From Nanobdellota archaeon (lineage in GTDB: Archaea; Nanobdellota; Nanobdellia; Woesearchaeales; GW2011-AR4), in assembly GCA_022565235.1 (NCBI GenBank), contig JADFJW010000001.1, positions 1,135 through 65,134 of the forward strand: a DNA stretch of 64,000 nucleotides, in the 5' to 3' direction. The notes under the pieces are model-generated. The model saw only the letters and a list, made by a program, of their open reading frames with translations, was not told the DNA's origin and made no database searches. A program made the translations under genes and the position numbers. The stretch's first letter is position 1, and every line of letters begins with the position of its first letter. This document shows, one piece after another, positions 10,267 through 19,964 of the stretch.

Positions 10267-11790
10267 TCATTGTATTTTATTTCCATTGTTTTGGAGAAAT
10301 GTTGAATATATAGTTTTTTGCGGCGCATACCATTTTCTTTTATCTTTCTCTATAAGAGCATCTGCATTTTTAGGACCCCAGCTTCCTGCTGCATAACTAG
10401 CAACTTTTCCTTTCTTCCATGCCTTTGCAATCTTATCAACTATCTTCCATGAATGCTCAACCATCTCCCAGCTTGTAAACAAGGTTTGATCACCAATCAT
10501 AATATCATATAATAATCTTTCATAAGCATCAGGGGTATTAGGGCCAAATTTACATTCATGACAGAAGTCCATCCTTACATTATCTATTATCATCTTTTTT
10601 CCCGGAACTTTTGCAGAAAATTGCAAAGAAATGCCTTCTTCAGGCTGTATCCTCACTATAAGCATATTGGGTTCAATGTTTTTAACATGTTCATTGAATA
10701 AAATTCCGGAATTTTGCTTAAAAACAATAGTTATCTCAGCTACCCTCTCCTTTAGCCTTTTTCCGGTCCTAAGATAAAATGGGACATCTGACCATCTCGA
10801 ATTATCAATATTCAGCTTTAATGCGGCAAAAGTTTCTGTATTGGATTTTTTGCTGACTTTATCCTCATCATGGTAAGCTTTTACTTTTTTATCATTTACA
10901 ACTCCAGAACCATATTGCCCGCGAACAGTCATCTTTCCAATATCCTTAGTTGTAAGCGGTCTTATCGACCTTAAGACCTTTACCTTTTCTTCCCTTATAT
11001 CTTCAGCATCTAAGGTAACAGGTGGCTCCATAGCTGTCAATGCAACGAGCTGCAGCATATGATTTTGTATAATATCCCTTAAAGCGCCGGATTTTTCGTA
11101 ATAATTTCCCCTGGTCTCAACTCCAATGTCTTCTGCAACAGTAATCTGAACATGGTCGATGTATTTTTTGTTCCATATAGGTTCAAAAATACTATTTGCA
11201 AACCTTAGAACAAGCAGATTTTGCACTAACTCCTTTCCCACATAATGATCAATCCTATAAATCTGTTTTTCCTTGAAAACCTTTTTTATTGATTCATTAA
11301 GTTTTTTTGCTGACTTTAAATCATGACCGAATGGTTTTTCAAAAACAACTCTTGACCAGCCAGAGCTTGCAGTAAGGCCGCTTTTCTTTAAATTGCTTAT
11401 TATTGGCCCAAAAAAACCAGGAGGCGCTGAAAGATAAAATACCTTATTACAGCTTGTAGTTTTTGTGCATATTTTTTTAATTAATTCTTTAAGCCTATTG
11501 AAACCTTTAATATCCTGAAATTCAGATTGATGATAAAAAATCTTATTTTCCAGTTTTTTCCAAACTTTGTTGTCTACTTTAAACTTAGAAAAAGTGTTTA
11601 TTGCTTTTAAAGCCTCTTTTCTAAACTGCTCATTGCTTTTTTCCTTTCTAGCAAATGCTATAATCTTAGAGTCTTTATGCAGAAGGTTTTCAAACTCTAA
11701 TTTGTAAAAGGCCGGCAATAATTTCCTGTTTGTTAAATCTCCAGTTGCTCCAAAAATAATTATTAAACATGGCTCAATCTTATTTCCCAT
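10267..11790 (-). CDS. zwf: Glucose-6-phosphate dehydrogenase, bacterial type
   Basis: FGATGDL, EKPFG, RIDHYVGKE, DIIQNH, VPFYLRTGKRL. Confidence 0.96.
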   Translation of the reverse strand: MGNKIEPCLIIIFGATGDLTNRKLLPAFYKLEFENLLHKDSKIIAFARKEKSNEQFRKEALKAINTFSKFKVDNKVWKKLENKIFYHQSEFQDIKGFNRLKELIKKICTKTTSCNKVFYLSAPPGFFGPIISNLKKSGLTASSGWSRVVFEKPFGHDLKSAKKLNESIKKVFKEKQIYRIDHYVGKELVQNLLVLRFANSIFEPIWNKKYIDHVQITVAEDIGVETRGNYYEKSGALRDIIQNHMLQLVALTAMEPPVTLDAEDIREEKVKVLRSIRPLTTKDIGKMTVRGQYGSGVVNDKKVKAYHDEDKVSKKSNTETFAALKLNIDNSRWSDVPFYLRTGKRLKERVAEITIVFKQNSGILFNEHVKNIEPNMLIVRIQPEEGISLQFSAKVPGKKMIIDNVRMDFCHECKFGPNTPDAYERLLYDIMIGDQTLFTSWEMVEHSWKIVDKIAKAWKKGKVASYAAGSWGPKNADALIEKDKRKWYAPQKTIYSTFLQNNGNKIQ

Positions 11791-11791
11791 T

Positions 11792-12682
11792 TTATTTCTT
11801 CTTGACAGCATGTCCCCCGAACTCTCTCCTGGTAGCAGCAATTACTCTTTTTCCTAAAATAAATTTCTTGCTCCGGTCTTGCCTAATTTTTGCGGCAATT
11901 TCAAAAGCAGGCGCATAAGCCTTTACTGATTTAGCAGTTTTCCTAAGCTCATCGATTGTAACGCTGCCGATTTTCGGGCTAATATTCTTGAAATCCGGCC
12001 TTTTAAGCGCTACATTGGTCAGATCCATCAACCAGCTGTTTACAACACTTGCAGGCTGCCATACAGAAGTAGCTTTGACAATGTCAATGGGTTGCTTAAA
12101 TCCGTTTAACAACTCTACTCCTTCAGCTATACCCTGCAGATACACATACTCAATTATGTTATGTACACTTTTTACAAAATGCCCTGCTCCGGCAGTTCCA
12201 AAATAACCATAGCCACCTTTAGCTGACAAAGCCTTGACAAACGGCTCAACATACTTAAACTGATTTTTAGGGCCGCCAACCATTATAGTATACCCATTTT
12301 TAAGTCCCCAGATACCCCCGGAAACACCGCAATCAAAAAAAAATATACCCTGCTTTTTGCACAATCTATCATGCCTTTCTGCATTTTTGTAGAAATCATT
12401 TGCTCCGTCAACAATAATATCTCCTTTGTTTAATAATTGCAAAACTTTCTTCATCATAGAATCAGTGGCTTTACCTGCCGGCAGCATCAGCCAAACAATT
12501 TTCTTTCCAGGCAATTTATCAATTAGTTCCTCAACACTATATGCAGGAATAGCACCTTCCCTTGCAATCTTTTTTACTTTTTCAGGGCTCCTATTATATG
12601 CAACAACCTTAACCTTATGCTTAAGAAGCCTTTCAACCATATGGAAGCCCATTCTTCCAAGACCTATAAAACCAAGTTTCAT
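11792..12682 (-). CDS. gnd: 6-phosphogluconate dehydrogenase (short, YqeC-type)
   Basis: GLGRMG, WLMLPAG, DCGVSGG, GHFVKSVHNIIEY, FGGHAVK. Confidence 0.9.
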   Translation of the reverse strand: MKLGFIGLGRMGFHMVERLLKHKVKVVAYNRSPEKVKKIAREGAIPAYSVEELIDKLPGKKIVWLMLPAGKATDSMMKKVLQLLNKGDIIVDGANDFYKNAERHDRLCKKQGIFFFDCGVSGGIWGLKNGYTIMVGGPKNQFKYVEPFVKALSAKGGYGYFGTAGAGHFVKSVHNIIEYVYLQGIAEGVELLNGFKQPIDIVKATSVWQPASVVNSWLMDLTNVALKRPDFKNISPKIGSVTIDELRKTAKSVKAYAPAFEIAAKIRQDRSKKFILGKRVIAATRREFGGHAVKKK

Positions 12683-12791
12683 TTTAAAACTATCACCATT
12701 TTTATTGCATTAACCATTATTATTTTTATTATAATAATTGAATGAAATAAGTAGTATTTAAATAATGTGGCTTTAACCTTATAAAAATATA

Positions 12792-13337
12792 ATGAGACTT
12801 ACAATTTTATTGCCAAGTTTATTTATTTTATTACTTCTGATTTCGGCATGTAAAATTGTTGAAAAAGAACCAGTTGTAGAGCCAGGAAAAACAATTACAT
12901 TTGATTATGCAGCAGGATTTGACAATGGAACTTTGTTTGATACTTCTTTTGAGACTGTTGCAAAAGAAGCAGGGATTTACAATCCTAACAGGATTTACCA
13001 ACCTGTTAAAATGGTATATGGCAAAGGCACGTTCTTCCCAGGACTAGAGGAAGCATTGCTTGGGATGAAAACAGGAGATATAAAAAATATAAGGATTCCA
13101 CCTGATAAAGCCTATGGCGCATTTATAGAAGGCTCAATAATGGTTTTGCCTAAAGATTCAATTAAAGGTAAAGGAGAAATAAAAGTCGGTCAGGTAATAG
13201 ATATTATAATTGCCGATGGTCAAAGTGTACCTGCTTATATCAAAGAAATAGGAGAAGAAAACATTACTGTAGATTTTAATCGCCCTCTCGCAGGAGAATT
13301 TATACAATTTTCAATAATATTGAAGAGTATTGAATAA
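12792..13337 (+). CDS. FKBP-type peptidyl-prolyl isomerase (SlyD-like) with lipoprotein-like signal
   Basis: LLISAC; FDTS, GLEEALLGM, IPPDKAYG, VDFNRPLAG. Confidence 0.88.
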   Translation: MRLTILLPSLFILLLLISACKIVEKEPVVEPGKTITFDYAAGFDNGTLFDTSFETVAKEAGIYNPNRIYQPVKMVYGKGTFFPGLEEALLGMKTGDIKNIRIPPDKAYGAFIEGSIMVLPKDSIKGKGEIKVGQVIDIIIADGQSVPAYIKEIGEENITVDFNRPLAGEFIQFSIILKSIE

Positions 13338-13338
13338 A

Positions 13339-14841
13339 TTAAGTGTTATAAGTCTTTATCTGCTCTAAAACTTCTTTCTTAACGACAACTTTACCGGTCA
13401 AACTTCTAAGCATATGCCCAGTTATTTCCAAATCATAGAATTTCTTTAACTCTAATCTACCTTTTACCCCCACAATCAGGGGATAGGTTCCAAACTGCCT
13501 GCAGAAAGTTGTATTGCCGTCATAAATCTCTGCATAGCAATTTCTCAATACAGTATCTTTAGGGACAATTCTTTGCAGCATTGGCCAATCAATTTTCTGC
13601 CTAATTTCATTGCGCCACTTCCAATAATATTTTTTATTCTTCTTCAGAAATTTATCACCTCCTTTTTCAAAAAGGGGTGTACCCTCAAATATAGCAACTT
13701 GCCTTATGTTAATCCTTCTTAACATTAAGCCATCTTCATAAATTTTCTTAAGCCATGCCATGTTCTCCTCATGAGTTTTCCTGCTTTCTCCCCTCAATCC
13801 GAAAATTATATTGATACCCGGCAAAAACCTTGGCATTCCGTCTTCTCCACGCTCAGCGCCATATTTATTAAGAATTTTTATGGCTTCATAAGCAATTTTA
13901 GGAGAACTATTAAGAGTATTTTCCTTGCAAACAACTTTATCAAAACTCTCAACTCCAAAAGCAGCTATATTGCCAGAGCTGCAATATTTAACAACAGCTT
14001 TAGTAATTTCATGATTTTTGTCCATAACAACCTTAACCGGATTTACATTATCCAAATGCAGAACTTCAATGTCCGGACATTTATCCCTTATATCTTTCAA
14101 CAATTCAATAGCATAAGGCAATGTGTAGAAACATGTCTGTTTTCCCAATCTGAAATACCTGCAGCCTAATTTATAGAACTCAATAATTTCTTTTAAAACA
14201 TCATCTTTTTCCCTAAATTCCACTCTATTTTTTATTGGTTCTGTGCAAAAACTACAATGTCCAATATCACAACCATGCCCGGTCTCAATCTCTATCATCC
14301 TATAATCAGGAATTTGTCTTATTATTTTAGCCCCACTGATAGAATATTCTTTAACATGGTTATATCCAAAATTAAACATAGAATAATCAATTTTATCAAA
14401 TATACTTAAATCAGCCTTTTCAAAAAACTTACCGCCATGAAGCTGAGTCCCAAAAACGGCAGGACCTGTAAGTATTTTTTTGCATCTAAGGTCTTTAATT
14501 AGGGGAATTATTTCATTTAAGGTACCTGGCACAGCAGAAAGATACTTCCCAGGAACATGAACACCCAAAACAATAATTAAAGTATCAGTTTTATTCATAA
14601 TTTTACTGATATTTTTATAGTTAATCGTTAAATTATAGGTAGTTATATCTGTTTTCTGAGAAAGTTTCGTTTCCTTTATAATTGAATTATTCTTTTTCCA
14701 TAACCTCAAATCATCTATTGTCATATAATTAACATCCTCATTAAGGTAGCCTGCTATATACCTAGGGTATGTTCCTAAGTAAGGTGGAACACCTAAACCT
14801 GCTGGCTCATCCGTATAACAGTCTAAAATTGTGTAGGTCAT
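13339..14841 (-). CDS. Radical SAM protein (COG1031-like)
   Basis: DCYTDEPAGLGVPPY N-terminus, IETGHGCDIGHCSFC, RRINIRQV, RQFGTYPL. Confidence 0.8.
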   Translation of the reverse strand: MTYTILDCYTDEPAGLGVPPYLGTYPRYIAGYLNEDVNYMTIDDLRLWKKNNSIIKETKLSQKTDITTYNLTINYKNISKIMNKTDTLIIVLGVHVPGKYLSAVPGTLNEIIPLIKDLRCKKILTGPAVFGTQLHGGKFFEKADLSIFDKIDYSMFNFGYNHVKEYSISGAKIIRQIPDYRMIEIETGHGCDIGHCSFCTEPIKNRVEFREKDDVLKEIIEFYKLGCRYFRLGKQTCFYTLPYAIELLKDIRDKCPDIEVLHLDNVNPVKVVMDKNHEITKAVVKYCSSGNIAAFGVESFDKVVCKENTLNSSPKIAYEAIKILNKYGAERGEDGMPRFLPGINIIFGLRGESRKTHEENMAWLKKIYEDGLMLRRINIRQVAIFEGTPLFEKGGDKFLKKNKKYYWKWRNEIRQKIDWPMLQRIVPKDTVLRNCYAEIYDGNTTFCRQFGTYPLIVGVKGRLELKKFYDLEITGHMLRSLTGKVVVKKEVLEQIKTYNT

Positions 14842-14934
14842 AGTTATCAGTAATGTTTTTGGTATTAAAAAGGTTTTTATTTGGCTTATATGAAAGAGAA
14901 AACATTTATATGGGTTAAATAAACTCAGATTAGA

Positions 14935-15549
14935 ATGGGAGTATTTTCGTTATCAATAATCATTGTAATTTTGCTATTAATAATATTCCTATTGAATTTC
15001 TATAGGGATCCTAAAAGGACAATACCAAAAGGCAATAATATAGTCAGCCCAGCAGATGGCAGAGTAATACGTATTCTGAAAATTAATGCAAACAAGGTAA
15101 AAATCAATAAAGGGTTTCTTGGAAAAATAGAAACACTGACAAAAGATATAGCAAAAGAATGCTATGTCATCTCAATATTTATGTCTCCTTTCAATGTCCA
15201 TGTTAACAGAGCCCCAATATCCGGTCAAGTAAAATCAATAAAACATGAAAAAGGAAAATATTTTGCTGCATTTAACCTTGAAAAATCTTTAATAAATGAG
15301 AAAAATGAGATAATAATAAAAAATGAAAAAGTTGGAAAAGTAAAGATGATACAGATTGCCGGATTCTTAGCAAGAAGGATAATTTGCAGTATAAACAAAA
15401 ATGAAAAAGTTAATAAAGGGCAACGCATGGGTAAAATTGTGCTAGGAAGCCAAGTTACTTTAATATTGCCATCAAAAAAAGTTAAGCTTAAAATTAAAAA
15501 AAAGCAAAAAGTAGTTGGGGGAGAAACAATTATAGCAGATTTAAGATGA
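14935..15549 (+). CDS. psd: Phosphatidylserine/archaetidylserine decarboxylase proenzyme
   Basis: FYRDPKR, SPADG, FMSPFNVHVNRAP, QIAGFLARRI, LGS self-cleavage site. Confidence 0.92.
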   Translation: MGVFSLSIIIVILLLIIFLLNFYRDPKRTIPKGNNIVSPADGRVIRILKINANKVKINKGFLGKIETLTKDIAKECYVISIFMSPFNVHVNRAPISGQVKSIKHEKGKYFAAFNLEKSLINEKNEIIIKNEKVGKVKMIQIAGFLARRIICSINKNEKVNKGQRMGKIVLGSQVTLILPSKKVKLKIKKKQKVVGGETIIADLR

Positions 15550-16109
15550 ACTCTAAATTAGTGTTTTTTTCAAATTTTCTTAAGAGACCAAAAGAAGTAG
15601 CTGCTATTACCCCTAGTTCGAGATATGTCATAAGGCATATTACGAAGAATATTGATTTTAACAATGCTAAATATATAGTGGAGTATGGACCAGGAATAGG
15701 AAATATTACTGAGGAATTATTAAAGAATATGGGTCCTGATGCCAGATTAGTATGTATTGAGTCAAATAAGAAATTCTGCAAATTTCTTGATGATAACATT
15801 CAAGATAGAAGATTGACAGTTATTAATGATTCGGCTGAAAAGCTTGAGTCCTATATTGAAAAACTTAATATAAATAATATTGATTATGTATTATCAGGTA
15901 TACCTTTTTCCTTGATTAAAAAAGAAATCAAAAAAGATATTATAAAAAAAACAGAATACGTTTTAAGGGAGCACGGTAAGTTTATCATATACCAACAATA
16001 TAATGGGCATTTAAAAAAATATCTTGATATTTATTTCAAAAAAATTTCTACAGAAGTAGAGCTTAGGAATATACCTCCCACTATGCTATATGTATGTGAA
16101 AAAATATGA
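15546..16109 (+). CDS. pmtA: Phospholipid N-methyltransferase (Sinorhizobium PmtA-like)
   Basis: FLKRPKEVAAITPSS, VEYGPGIGNIT SAM motif, SGIPF, RNIPP; sits between psd and pssA with overlapping codons. Confidence 0.78.
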   Translation: MNSKLVFFSNFLKRPKEVAAITPSSRYVIRHITKNIDFNNAKYIVEYGPGIGNITEELLKNMGPDARLVCIESNKKFCKFLDDNIQDRRLTVINDSAEKLESYIEKLNINNIDYVLSGIPFSLIKKEIKKDIIKKTEYVLREHGKFIIYQQYNGHLKKYLDIYFKKISTEVELRNIPPTMLYVCEKI

Positions 16110-16711
16110 GAATAAGAATTAAGAAAGATGAACTTCTAAAAAAATTTCCAAGAACATTGACATTGTTTAGACTGACAAGGAAATCAGATATAAGCGAATT
16201 TGGAATATTAAAATTGGTGAAATTTTCGGATATTTTCACCTTAACAAATATTATTTTCGGCTTAGCTGCTATTTTCTTTGCAATAAAGGGGAATTATACC
16301 TATGCCATCATTTCGCTTTTTTTTGCGGTGATAGCAGATTACTTGGATGGAAGGCTAGCAAGAAAATTAAAGCAGGAAAATATATTTGGCAAGGAACTTG
16401 ACTCATTAGCAGATACAATATCTTTCGGGGTGGCGCCTATAATTTTTGCTTTTTCCTTAATCCAAACCCCTTTGGCAATAACTGCTTTTATAATTTTTTT
16501 ATTCTGCGGTATTTTGAGATTGGCCAGATATAATATAATGAACGTGCAAAGCGGCTATGCAGGAATGCCCATAACATTAAATGGGATCATTATACCTCTG
16601 GTTTATCTTGCTAAAGTACCATTTGATTACTACCCCTATATCTATATCCTATTAGGAATTCTGATGATATCCTCTTTAAGATTCAAAAAACTTCAGTTCA
16701 AACAAGATTAA
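16106..16711 (+). CDS. pssA: CDP-DAG/CDP-archaeol--serine O-phosphatidyltransferase
   Basis: DYLDGRLAR..FGKELDSLADTISFGVAP, LRLARYN, GMP. Confidence 0.9.
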   Translation: MRIRIKKDELLKKFPRTLTLFRLTRKSDISEFGILKLVKFSDIFTLTNIIFGLAAIFFAIKGNYTYAIISLFFAVIADYLDGRLARKLKQENIFGKELDSLADTISFGVAPIIFAFSLIQTPLAITAFIIFLFCGILRLARYNIMNVQSGYAGMPITLNGIIIPLVYLAKVPFDYYPYIYILLGILMISSLRFKKLQFKQD

Positions 16712-17141
16712 AACTAAAAACTGCAGAACCAAATCCTATAATCAGACCGACAAACACCTCTACAAAGCTGTGACCTAAAGAATAATGAAATTTGCTTATT
16801 TTCATCTTTTCGTATTTAATAATTTTTTCAATTATTTTACCTTCTACCCCTACACTTCTTCTTACACCCAGTGCGTCCCTTAGAGTAATCAAGGAAAAGG
16901 CAAGAACAGCAAAGAACAATGGGCTAAAGGCCTGATTCAGCCATATTATAACCGTAAGCGAACCGACAATGGCAGAATGCGTGCTTGGCATTCCTCCAGT
17001 TACAATCAAATCATTAAGATTGAATTTCTGTTTATGCTTTAATATAATAATCAATATTTTCGCTAATTGCGATATAATCACAGCCGATAAAATAGATAAA
17101 AAAATGTCATTCGTGAGTAAAGTTGTTATTAGGCCAGGCAT
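16698..17141 (-). CDS. Divergent PAP2 (DUF212) membrane phosphatase
   Basis: TGGMPSTHSA, DALGVRR, LGHSFVEV. Confidence 0.85.
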   Translation of the reverse strand: MPGLITTLLTNDIFLSILSAVIISQLAKILIIILKHKQKFNLNDLIVTGGMPSTHSAIVGSLTVIIWLNQAFSPLFFAVLAFSLITLRDALGVRRSVGVEGKIIEKIIKYEKMKISKFHYSLGHSFVEVFVGLIIGFGSAVFSFNLV

Positions 17142-17191
17142 ATTGAAAAAACTTAAATAATAGTTTATAAATATTTCTAAAGTTATCAATA

Positions 17192-17905
17192 ATGAAGCAA
17201 AAACACCATAATATCTCTTATTTATTTATTTTTATAATTATCATAATAGTTCTCTTATTCTTGAAATTAGGATATATAGACAAATTAGACTTGAGTCCAG
17301 ATAAAATTAAAGACAGGTTATTAGAATTTGGAGCATATGCACCATTAATATTAATTGCAATTCAATTTATTTTGGCAATTATATCTATCCTGCCAAGCCT
17401 GTTATTTAGCATAGCAGGGGGTTACATATTCGGACCATTTTATGGCACCCTATACAGCCTAACAGGCATGTTACTGGGATCTTTAGTAGTATTCCTGGTT
17501 GCAAAGAAATTTGGCAGAAAATTTGTTGAAAAATTAGTAGATAAAAGAGAATTATACCATTTTGATTTATTCTTTAAAAAGAAAGGAAAATTGGTCTTTA
17601 TTTTTGCAAGTTATCTGTCTATCTTTCCCAGAGATATCATAAGTTTATGTGCTGGATTAACAAAAATAAGAAAATTAGAATTTATTGTTATTTCTATAAT
17701 TGCATTTACCCCGCATTTGTTAATACTAACTTATCTCGGGTCACAATTATCACAAAATATTTTTGATTTTAAAATAGTTCTGATAAGCGTAATTATAACT
17801 CTTTCATTGATTTTATATACTTTTAGGCACAAAATTAAAGGGTTAATAGTAAAAGAGATAAAGATATTTGAGGAAGAATATAAAAAGGAAAAATTCTTTA
17901 ATTAA
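17192..17905 (+). CDS. DedA/TVP38 family membrane protein (putative lipid flippase)
   Basis: LPSLLFSIAGGYIFGPFYG, KFGR, IFPRDIISLCAGL. Confidence 0.85.
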   Translation: MKQKHHNISYLFIFIIIIIVLLFLKLGYIDKLDLSPDKIKDRLLEFGAYAPLILIAIQFILAIISILPSLLFSIAGGYIFGPFYGTLYSLTGMLLGSLVVFLVAKKFGRKFVEKLVDKRELYHFDLFFKKKGKLVFIFASYLSIFPRDIISLCAGLTKIRKLEFIVISIIAFTPHLLILTYLGSQLSQNIFDFKIVLISVIITLSLILYTFRHKIKGLIVKEIKIFEEEYKKEKFFN

Positions 17906-18939
17906 GAGAGGTATTTAAAAGATTTAAACCAACCACTTGATAAAAGAATATATCTGAACATCGATAGATATATTAAAATAAATGTTATGATTAGAATTTG
18001 ATCCTTATAAATGAAATTTATTAATATTGCAACGATGGTAACATAAGTCATACCTACAGAAATTTTCGCTATCGGGGTTATGGGAATTTTTTTTTGTTTT
18101 CTTAGAAAAAATATTTTTGATAAAAACATCATGATAGAGGGGAAAATTAATAATAAGATCCAGATAAAATGCAAATATCCTAAAATTACAAATAAAAAGA
18201 AACTTATTAATAACACCGACCAATCAGTAAAAGAATCAAGTGCCCTGCCAAATTCTGTCACTTGGTTCATCATTCTAGCTGAAATTCCATCAAGCTTATC
18301 ACTCAATACAATTATACCGATGATAATCAAGGAATAGTTTAATTTTGAATTTAGCATTGTAATTACAAATAAAGGCAACAATACAAGCCTCATAAAAGTG
18401 ATAATGTTAGGGATGTTCAATATTTTTTCATCTAACATTCCCATTATTTTAACTAAATATCCTAATCCAGAAATAAGTGTAATTATAACTGCTATCAGCA
18501 TAAAATACCAATTGAATGGAAAATTTATTATGACGGATATTATCGCGACTGTCTGAATAACTGTCTTGATTTTTCCCAATTTTTCAGCCGGAATGACATG
18601 CTTGGGCAAGACTATGAGCCTCAGCATCGTAATAATCCATTCTCTCGCTATGATTATAACGACCATCCATAAGGGTATTCTGCCTATTAAAAAAATAAGA
18701 GCTGCAGATATAAGAAGTTTATCTGCAATAGGATCTAATATCTTTCCCAGACCCGTTGTCTGTTGCTTTTTTCTTGCAATATAACCATCAAGAGCGTCGG
18801 ATAATGATAAAATTATGAAAATAAATGCTGCAATGTAATCTCCATAAGGCATTTCTATCAAGAGAAATATGACAAATACTGGAATTAGAATAATCCTAAA
18901 GAAGGTTATCTGATTTGGCAATGAAAAGATATGTTTCAT
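17902..18939 (-). CDS. Tandem two-domain CDP-alcohol phosphotransferase (PgsA-like)
   Basis: Two PN.IT..R starts and two motifs: DALDGYIAR..GKILDPIAD and DKLDGISAR..GRALDSFTD. Confidence 0.85.
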   Translation of the reverse strand: MKHIFSLPNQITFFRIILIPVFVIFLLIEMPYGDYIAAFIFIILSLSDALDGYIARKKQQTTGLGKILDPIADKLLISAALIFLIGRIPLWMVVIIIAREWIITMLRLIVLPKHVIPAEKLGKIKTVIQTVAIISVIINFPFNWYFMLIAVIITLISGLGYLVKIMGMLDEKILNIPNIITFMRLVLLPLFVITMLNSKLNYSLIIIGIIVLSDKLDGISARMMNQVTEFGRALDSFTDWSVLLISFFLFVILGYLHFIWILLLIFPSIMMFLSKIFFLRKQKKIPITPIAKISVGMTYVTIVAILINFIYKDQILIITFILIYLSMFRYILLSSGWFKSFKYLS

Positions 18940-19170
18940 GTTCTATTTTTACTCTTTAATTTTGACTCTTTTTTTCCATTCATAATAAATTTAATATTGG
19001 AGGGCTTATTTATTAATTTAACTTATTTTTAGTTAGGAGTATTTTTAGTACTACTTAGTTCAATTTCTGCATACACTATGAAGCATCCACTACAACAATT
19101 TTCAGATACTGAGGCAAGAAAGATGGTTGAAGAATGTATAGAGGGTAAACGTGAGAGATAATTTTTTATT

Positions 19171-19791
19171 TTAGATTTTTTTATTTCCTTCAATAATTTC
19201 TTTAGCATAAAATATTCTTTGTACGCTTCCTATATAGACAATAATTGCTATCAAGTAAAGAAAAAGTGACATTGAAGAAACGGCGAATCCAAATATTTTT
19301 GCGGATGGTAAAAATATGCTAATTAACATTGCAATAATTAATAATACTAACCTGTCTAATCTCTCGCCTATTGTTGGCCAACCGTGATTGTCTACTTGAG
19401 TTATAATTGCTGTCCTTGCCTTGGCATAGCTCACAACAAGACTGCCGCTAATTACAAGAAATGCCTCAATCTGAAAACCAGCAAAAGCAAAACCTAAATA
19501 AATTATTATTTCTACATACCTGTCAATTAATGCATCTAGGTAATTGCCAAATTTAGATACTTTACCTTCTGCTCTCGCAAGACTACCATCTAAAGCATCC
19601 CAAATTGCTGCAAGTATTACAAAAATAAAACCTATAGTTATATTTTCATTAGCTATGAAATAAGCAGCAATTACAGCCCATAGTATAGCAAAGGAAGAGA
19701 AAATATTGGGATTAATCCCTGTTTTTGCTATTAATGAACCTATTTTTTCAAGAGGTTTCTTTAATTTTTGCCTAAGTTTTTCACCTAACAT
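19171..19791 (-). CDS. CDP-alcohol phosphotransferase (archaetidylinositol-phosphate synthase-like)
   Basis: DALDGSLAR..FGNYLDALIDRYVE, VSYAKAR, GERLDR. Confidence 0.85.
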   Translation of the reverse strand: MLGEKLRQKLKKPLEKIGSLIAKTGINPNIFSSFAILWAVIAAYFIANENITIGFIFVILAAIWDALDGSLARAEGKVSKFGNYLDALIDRYVEIIIYLGFAFAGFQIEAFLVISGSLVVSYAKARTAIITQVDNHGWPTIGERLDRLVLLIIAMLISIFLPSAKIFGFAVSSMSLFLYLIAIIVYIGSVQRIFYAKEIIEGNKKI

Positions 19792-19830
19792 GTTTAGTAT
19801 ATTGTGATTATGATACAAATAATAAAATCT

Positions 19831-19920
19831 GGGCTCTGGTGAAATCCTATACCAAACATACAACATATTGTGTTTTGAAGTCTTCTATGCTTCAACATAT
19901 AGTGGGGTTTCAGCAGAGCC
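19831..19920. repeat. Long imperfect inverted repeat enclosing two inner hairpins
   Basis: GGCTCTGGTGAAATCCTATA pairs with TATAGTGGGGTTTCAGCAGAGCC. Confidence 0.55.
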
Positions 19921-19964
19921 AAAATCTGAAAACATTTAAATACTTTATTATTATTTCATGAAAA

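Noticed and set aside
18936..18983. A7 slippage extending the double CDP-alcohol transferase
   Set aside because: A 15-codon upstream ORF overlaps the start, but the gene is complete from 18939 and nothing supports frameshifting
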